Origin: Antechinus flavipes
Lineage: Eukaryota
Direction of reading: 5' to 3'
DNA: 64,000 bases
Assembly (NCBI RefSeq): GCF_016432865.1
Contig: NC_067399.1
Location: 617,396,001-617,460,000 of the forward strand
Shown here: positions 57,024 through 64,000 of the stretch, one piece after another
Layout of the letters: each line of letters opens with the position of its first letter
Position numbering within the stretch: the first letter of the stretch is position 1
Translations under genes and position numbers: made by a program
The notes under the pieces: model-generated
Told to the model about the DNA's origin: nothing
Databases searched by the model: none
Seen by the model: the letters and a program-made list of their open reading frames with translations, nothing else

Positions 57024-57196
57024 GGGGCAGCTAGGTGGTGCAGTGGATAGAACACCAGTCCTGAAGTCAGGAGGAAGGGAGTTCAAATGTGACCTCAGAC
57101 ACTTAATACTTCATACTTCTTAGCTGGATGACTCCAATTGCCTCAGGAAAAAAAAGAAGAAAGAAAGAAAGAAAGAAGAAGAAGAAGAAGAAGAAA
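57024..57196 (+). mobile_element. WSINE1-like SINE with (GAAA)n(GAA)n tail
   Basis: ggggcagctaggtggtgcagtggataga head; B-box; tail microsatellite. Confidence 0.75.
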
Positions 57197-58296
57197 GACA
57201 CACACCACATTTTTTGAAGAAGATGAAAGACACCCCCCCCCCACATACACACAAACACACTTTTTTCCTACACTTTCTGGTTTTACTTTTTCCCACCTGG
57301 AGGCACTCCTTTGGATTTCTCCATTGTGTCCTCAGGAGTCTCTTCATTTTCCAAGATGGACTAGGTTTTAGTATGCGGATCTCATCTTTCATCCTCAGGA
57401 ACACAGAGCTTCTGACATCTCCATTTAAGTAGCGTGTCTAGACCAGTCACCTCTTCAATGTCTTTATCACATAGTAGATGCTTAATAAATGTTTACTGAC
57501 TCAGTTTCCTCATCTATAAATATTGACTGAATGAATTGTATACATATTATATCCTACTAGAATGTACGAGAAGTACTATTTTGTTTTCATCTTTATAACC
57601 CCAGTGCTTAGAACTGGGATTTTCTTTTTTGATGAAATCTTTGATTTCATTGATGTAGGGAAAATGTGGTTTTCTCGAGGAACTTCCTCTACCAAAGCAT
57701 AGCAACACCTTCTCCTCCACTGGAGTCTTAGAGAGTTGCTTGGAGATCTGAGAAGCTGTGTTTTGTCCTGGGTCACACAGGTAGTAAGTATTGGAGAAAG
57801 AACCTGAAGCTGCTGACCCTAAGATTGGCTCTCATTGTCCTACACTACACTCACACATGTCTCTCTCACACATGTTCCTTGTTGAACCGATTTTTTTTTT
57901 CATCTTTGCATTCTCTTTTCCACCCATCGACTTCTCTGCTCCAAAACACTAGATATTTCCACATCTTCCTTCTAGTAAAAGGCTAATTTTATTTTAGTAT
58001 ACTTCTACACACTTTTACCTTTCATTATATCCCTAACATTTAGCACAATGTCTAGCACACAGCAAAACTTAATAAATACTTGTACCTTTTAGTTCTTTGT
58101 GGAAAAAAAACCCAACAAACAATACAAATTCTGTTCATATGCTCATTTTGAAATTTTCTCCTCTTTCCACTCTGTTCCAATTCTACGTATGGTATTAATA
58201 AATTAAGATATCAGAAGCTGCTGGCTACGTATCTAGCAGGTGCCTTTGAGGTAGAAGGTTATATTTTCTACTCTCTATTTTGTGCTTCAAGTAGCT

Positions 58297-58726
58297 TGTG
58301 TTAGATTGTCATTGCCTAAGTGAGTGTGACCTGGGAGTGATGTAGGAGGCATCTCTATTACTGAAGCCCCATCAGTTCCTGGTTAGCCGAACTGTCTGAT
58401 GGTTTTATAAGATGATGGGGCTCTGCAGGGATATGCAGTTAAAAGAAGACACATTGCAAGTGGGAGGTCGCCTAAAGGGGGAGATATCATCAGTGGGGGG
58501 ACAACCTGGGATTCATATTATATTGCTACTAGCTACAGACAGAGGAGAACAATGAGGTTTTCTATCCGGGGCTATGTGTTTATTATTTTACAGTTTTCCC
58601 TCTATTCCCTCTAGTTCCTTTACTGTTGAACCATGAAGCCAAGCACATATACAGCTAGTTCAGGTTCAATGTCATATTTCATTATGGGTATGAGGGAATG
58701 TGAGGGTAACATCGGGTGTCAACACA
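58297..58726. mobile_element. Possible old solo LTR (about 430 bp)
   Basis: Terminal inverted TGTGTT...AACACA; GC-richer interior; flanks gtagct/gtatat match only partly as a TSD. Confidence 0.4.
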
Positions 58727-58794
58727 GTATATCAAAAGTAGAGTTTTACATTATGTTTTAAACCTGTGTAAAACTATAGGGACACAGTAGCTTT

Positions 58795-59465
58795 GGGAAC
58801 AGCTAAGTGACTCAGCAGGACCTGGAATTAAAATCTGGCTTCAAACACTAGCTGTGTGATCCTGGTCAAGAAACTTTACCCTGTTTGCCTCAATTTCTTT
58901 ATCTGTAAAATGAAGAAAAGGAAAAGGCAAACCCCTCCAATATCCTTGCCAAGAAAACCCTAATGGGGTCAGGAAGAATTGGACACAATTGAAATGATTA
59001 GACAATGAAACATACTCCTCCTCTACCTGGTGAACTTTTTTGGGGGCGGGGCAATTTTGTGAGTTCAAAATTATTCTCAGAATCTTACTAGCTGTGTGAT
59101 GCTGGGTAATTCACTTTACCCCGATTACCTCAGTTTCTTCATTTCTAAAATGAGTTGGAGAAGGACATGGCCAAGAAAACCCAAATGAGGTCAGGAAGAA
59201 TTGGACACAATTAAAATGATTAAGCAACTCCTCCCTACCTAATGAGCTTTTCTGGGAACTTTGTGAGTTCAAACTATCCTCAGAAACTTACTAGCTGTAT
59301 GATCCTGGGCAAGTCATTTTATCCCATTTACCTCAGTTTCTTCATCTGTAAAATGAGTTGGAGAAGGAAATGGCAAATGACTCCAGCATCTTTGCCAAGA
59401 AAACCCCAAATGGGTTTATGAAGATTGATTGATGAAGATGTGATTGAAAACAACTGAGCAAAAAG
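58795..59465 (+). repeat. Three tandem MAR1-like SINE bodies separated by a shared non-SINE spacer (period about 213 bp)
   Basis: Spacer actcctcc(t)ctacct..tga.ctttt..ggg at 59014 and 59227; actcct again at 59466. Confidence 0.75.
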
Positions 59466-59857
59466 ACTCCTTGCAGTAAACAGTTCCGGATGATATCTCT
59501 TGATCTCTTGAATCTACGGGGTTTTTTTTAAGACCAAGAATTATTTACCTTTTTTATATTCTGGATTTCTCTGGCAGTCCAGGGAAGCCTCAGAATAATA
59601 CATTTTATTGAATAAAATAAAATATATAGGATTATCAAGAAGACCAATTATGATGCATTCATGTGCATTTATTAAATGATAGTATCTTAGATTTAGATGA
59701 GATCATAGATGAAAACTTCAGATCAAGAATCCCCATTCTAGGGATTCTTAAACCCCTGTCATGGTTATAGTTCCTCTGATTAGGAAATTCCTGCTTCTAC
59801 CTATAGTTTCTGAATTGAAGATGCTGTCTAAAGCCTTCCCAATAGGCTCACAGCTAA

Positions 59858-59863
59858 CGCGCG

Positions 59864-59915
<52 letters not shown>
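59858..59915. repeat. (CG)7(CA)22 compound microsatellite
   Basis: Read directly. Confidence 0.95.
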
Positions 59916-59918
<3 letters not shown>

Positions 59919-60404
59919 ATACACTTATTTATGACAACTCTCCTCCTTTTGATCTCTAAATAATTAGATCCTTTTTTGTTTAAGCCCTGGTATACACACT
60001 GATTTTGTTTCTGACTCTAGCTATTGTTGGTTTCCTTAATCAGATGCTATCCTATGAATCTTGACTTCTCTTAATAAATGGCTATACCCTCTGCTTCTAA
60101 ACTTTTCATTATTACTTCTTGGCTAGTGTAGAACCAGTTCTCCCCATCCCCTGTCATGCTCCACTCCTCCACAGAATCCCTCTCTCCCTCCTTTAATTCT
60201 TTCCAATTCTGCTTCCAGGTATCCCCCTAGTATCCTCTCCTCCCCAGCCAAGCCCTATCCCTTGATTTTATCCTCGTATAAATATTTACAATATAACCCT
60301 TTAAATTTTAAACATAGGTACCTATTTCCCTCTGTCTAGAGAAGGGAGAACTTTGCCACCCACATATGCCAGCCACACTTTCTGTGTTGTTATTTTGTTT
60401 CATT

Positions 60405-60950
60405 CTGGTCTAATTCTTCATGACCGCATTTGGAGTTTTCTTAGCAAAAATACTAAAATGAATGAGTATGAACCACTACATAGAATTCCCAATCCCTCTA
60501 TTTTTGTCCACCTGCATTTTTGATTTCCTTCACAGGCTAATTGTACACTATTTCAAAATCCGATTTTTTTTTGGTACAGCAAAATAACTGTATGGACATG
60601 TATACATATATTGTATTTAACATATACTTTAACATGTTTAACATGTATTGGTCAACCTGCCACCTTGGGGAGGAGATGGGGGGAAGGAAGGGAAAAATTG
60701 GAACAAAAGGATTTGCAACTGTCAATGCTAAAAAATTACCCATGCATATATCTTATAAATAAAAAGGTATAATTTTTAAAATATTAAAATGATTTGCTAT
60801 TTTCTTCTCCAGATGAGGAACTGAAGCAAACAGGGTTAAGTTACTTGCCCAAGGTCACATAGTAACTGCCTGAATCCAGATTTAAGCTCAGGAAGCTAAG
60901 TCCTCCTGACTTCAGACCTGGTACTCTATCTATTGCGTTACTTAGCTGCC
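60405..60950 (-). mobile_element. MAR1-like SINE split by an L1
   Basis: Same consensus as 31526-31760. Confidence 0.75.
60462..60777 (+). mobile_element. L1 3' end inserted into a MAR1-like SINE
   Basis: 15-bp TSD aaaataYtaaaatga at 60447-60461 and 60778-60792; the SINE resumes on both sides. Confidence 0.85.
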
Positions 60951-62276
60951 TTTGTAAATTGACTCTTTTTTTTTTTAATTTTTATTTAATGATTACTTTA
61001 TATTAACAACATTATCCCTTGCACTCGTTTCTGTTCCGATTTTTTTCCCCTCCCTCCCTTCACCCCCTCCCCTAGATGGCAAGCAGTCCTTTATATGTTG
61101 GATATGTTGCAGTATATCCTAGATACAATATATGTTTGCAGAACCGAACAGTTCTCTTGTTGCATAGGGAGAATTGGATTCAGAAGGTATAAGAAAAGAA
61201 AACAAAACATGCAGATAGTTCACATTCATTTCCCAGTGTTCTTTCTTTGGGTGTAGCTGCTTCTGTCCGATATTTATCAATTGAAACTCAGTTAGGTCTC
61301 TTTGTCAAAGAAATCCACTTCCATCAAAATATGTCCTCATATAATATCGTTGTCGAAGCGTATAATGATCTCCTGGTTCTGCTCATTTCACTTAGCATCA
61401 GTTCATATAAGTCTCACCAGTCCTCTCTGTATTCATCCTGCTGGTCATTCCTTACAGAACAATAATATTCCATAACATTCATATACCACAATTTACCCAG
61501 CCATTCTCCAATTGATGGGCATCCATTCATTTTCCAGTTTCTAGCCACTACAAATAGGGCTGCTACAAACATTTTGGCACATACAGGTCCCTTTCCCTTC
61601 TTTAGTATTTCTTTGGGATATAAACCCAATAGAAACACTGCTGGATCAAAGGGTATGCACAATTTGATAATTTTTTGGGCATAATTCCAGATTGCTTTCC
61701 AGAATGGTTGGATTCGTTCACAACTCCACCAACAATGCATTAGTGTCCCAGTTTTCCCGCATCCCCTCCAACATTCATCATTATTTTTTCCTGTCATCTT
61801 AGCCAATCTGACAGGTGTGTAGTGGTATCTCAGAGTTGTCTTAATTTGCATTTCTCTGATCAATAATGATTTGGAACACTCTTTCATATGAGTGGTAATA
61901 GTTTCAATTTCATCATCTGAAAATTGTCTGTTCATATCCTTTGACCAGTAAATTGACTCTTAAATGCAATGTCCATTCCTGGGAGTCTAGAGTTCAGCTT
62001 ACTATTTCTCCTTATTTTATTCTTTTATTTTTCACATTAATTTGTAAAAATTTTGAATTCCAAATTCTCTCCCTTCCTTCAGCCTCTTTCCCACCTGGTA
62101 CTCTATGTACTGCACTACTTAGCTGCCTTTGTAAGTTGACTCTTAAACGGAACTTCCATTCCTGGGAATCTAGAATTCAGCTTACTATTTCTCTTTATTT
62201 TACTCTTTTATTTTTCACATTAATTTGTAAAAATTTTGAATTTCAAATTCCCTCCCTTCCTTCAGTCTCTTTACCT
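60916..62276 (+). repeat. About 180-bp tandem duplication; copy 1 (60916-62092) is interrupted by an L1, copy 2 is 62093-62272
   Basis: Direct alignment gives roughly 15 substitutions; ACCT at all three junctions. Confidence 0.92.
60968..61947 (-). mobile_element. Young 5'-truncated L1 with an open 173-aa ORF2 C-terminus
   Basis: ORF 61414-61935 (CSKSLLIREMQIKTTLRYH..CWRGCGKTGTLMHCWW); perfect 14-bp TSD gtaaattgactctt at 60954-60967 and 61948-61961. Confidence 0.95.
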
Positions 62277-63590
62277 ATTGAGAAGGCAACCAATATGATA
62301 TTAGTTATACATGTGAAATTATGCAAAACTTATTTCATTATTAGCCATGTTTGGAAAAAAGCAAGAAAATTTTAAAAAGTGAAAAAAGGTTGCTTTGATC
62401 GGTATTTAATGTTTGTCAGTTCTCTCTCTAGAGTTGGATAGCATTTTTTTATCCTAGGTCCTTTGGAATTGTCTTAAATCATTGTCTTAATCAGGATAGC
62501 TAAGTCTTTTATAATTGATTATCATTACAGTTTTGCTATTATTGTATACAATATTCTCCTGGTTCTGCTTGCTTCACTTTTCATTAGTTTATATGCGTCT
62601 TTCCAGGTTTTCTGAAGCCGCCAATGTCTCATTATTTATACAGCACTATAATATTCTATCATAGTCATATATCACAGCTATTGTCCATTTGATGGGCATC
62701 CCCTTGATTTCCAATTATTTGCCAATATAAAAGAATTGCTACAAACATTTTTGTGCAATTAGGTTATTTTTCCTTTTCTCTGATCTCTTTTGGATATAAA
62801 GCTAGTGGTGATATTGCTAAGTCAAAGCATACGTGCCGTTTGATACCTCTTTGGGCATAGTTCCAAATTGTTCTCCAGAATAGTTGGACTAGTTCACAAC
62901 TCCATCAACTACGCATTGATGTTTCAATTTTTCTACATCCCCACTAATATTTATAATTTTCCTTTTCATTTTAATTTAGCAATATGAAAGGTGTGAGGTG
63001 GTACCTCAGTGTAATGTTCTTTGTTCAGTTTTCCTGGGGGTCTCTGAGCAGCAGCCTTCTTTTCAGTTCAGAGCAATCACCACAAGAAGAGTCAGGTGTT
63101 AAAATCCAAATCCTTTATTTCTCCTTGCCTCAGGATGGGCAGCTTTCTTAAAGGCCTTCCAGAATCTTGGTTTCAGTGGAGAAAATACAGGAGGAGAGCC
63201 TGCCACCAGGAGCCTGACTGAAGATTGAATGAATCTCTCTCCTTGGTTCTAAGAGCTTAAGCTCCTGCCTCCAATTCTCTTGTCTTCTCTGCCTCTCGGC
63301 TTCAACCTAGCTGAGGCTCCCAGCTTATGTGCCCTACTGAGTATAAAGCAATCATTATATCACTAGGAAATCATTATTTGTTGTAAGATTAATTCAGTCA
63401 TACTGAATTTAGAGAACTATTAATCACCATGCTAAACTAGATAACCATTGTCTCATCAATTCCACTTAGTACCTTGTAAGGATCCTTGTTTCAAGTTCAG
63501 AGTTCTGGCCCATAACACCTCAGAATTGTTTTAATTTATATTTCTCTAATCGATAATGATTTAGAACAGTTTTTTTTCATGAAACTATTG
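62277..63590 (-). mobile_element. Older L1 3' region hosting the solo LTR; its 3' tip lies inside the 180-bp duplication
   Basis: Homologous to 30508-31396; continuous across the LTR (ggtacctcag|aattgttttaattt). Confidence 0.75.
63010..63517 (-). mobile_element. Solo LTR of the same ERV family, inserted in an older L1
   Basis: tgtaatg...ggcccataaca termini; perfect 6-bp TSD CCTCAG at 63004-63009 and 63518-63523; homologous to the 27074 LTR. Confidence 0.9.
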
Positions 63591-64000
63591 ATATCACCTT
63601 ACCCTTTTAGAAAGAAAGGCAAAGCTACTAGATTATGCCCCAGTGGTTATGGGGTTTTTAAATTTTTTTATTTTTAAGGTGCTGTTTTCCTTCCTTGGGT
63701 TGCTTTCATAATGACTCATACATCTTATAAATTAAAATGCAGACATAGGGAAGCCATGGTGTTCTCAAAACACAGCAAAGGGGGCAATAATTCATCAATG
63801 CAAAAAAGCTACCTTGCATTGTCCACCTATCCAAATCAGAAGTGATTATTCTTCAATGATAGAAAACAGTGGCTCATGTGAAGATTGCACCTTTTTCTTA
63901 CCCAAAGCATGAAAAGTATTTATGCCCTGTGTCACATATGGGTGAAATGAACTCTTAAAATATTTAAAGAGTATATAAAGAGTCTCACACAGGTTAGATT

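Noticed and set aside
57120-57432. Arg/Lys- or Ser/Phe-rich ORFs
   Set aside because: Produced by the (GAA)n/(GAAA)n SINE tail
58795-59470. CRISPR-like or other prokaryotic repeat-spacer system
   Set aside because: Units are about 213-bp SINE-derived duplications with similar, not unique, spacers in a mammalian genome; no cas-like ORFs
61941-62375. 144-aa ORF with an internally repeated peptide
   Set aside because: It only reflects the 180-bp tandem duplication of SINE and L1 sequence; no splice or homology support
45100-64000. Search for a downstream gene start or CpG island
   Set aside because: No CpG island or coding exons seen; the region is intergenic and repeat-rich

Overview
AT-rich, strongly CpG-depleted eukaryotic DNA from a marsupial, probably a dasyurid (inferred from MAR1/WSINE1-like SINEs and marsupial-type L1 3' ends). 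The only gene is the 3' part of PARG (poly(ADP-ribose) glycohydrolase) on the + strand. Seven GT-AG coding exons (4227-4302, 10580-10727, 17605-17683, 19343-19451, 32094-32199, 41230-41358, 42100-42266; exons 12-18 by analogy to human) splice in frame to about 270 aa. They include the catalytic GGG-x6-QEE loop, the tyrosine clasp and the [11 protein letters not shown] loop. Beyond about 45 kb the window is intergenic and repeat-dense. The provided six-frame ORFs are almost all noise or transposon remnants; no prokaryotic-type system or CRISPR array is present. Best leads: (1) a candidate frame-preserving 12-nt microexon (or recursive splice site) in intron 13 that would insert AYKS just before the tyrosine clasp; (2) an internally deleted betaretrovirus-like provirus with a perfect 6-bp TSD but discordant, apparently mosaic LTRs; (3) an internal L1 fragment with an 18-bp TSD that ends just after an internal AATAAA, i.e. 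a retrocopy of a prematurely polyadenylated L1 RNA; (4) a datable nested stack of insertions and a tandem duplication at 60.4-63.6 kb. Repeat family names and human residue numbers come from recall and manual counting, not from database searches.
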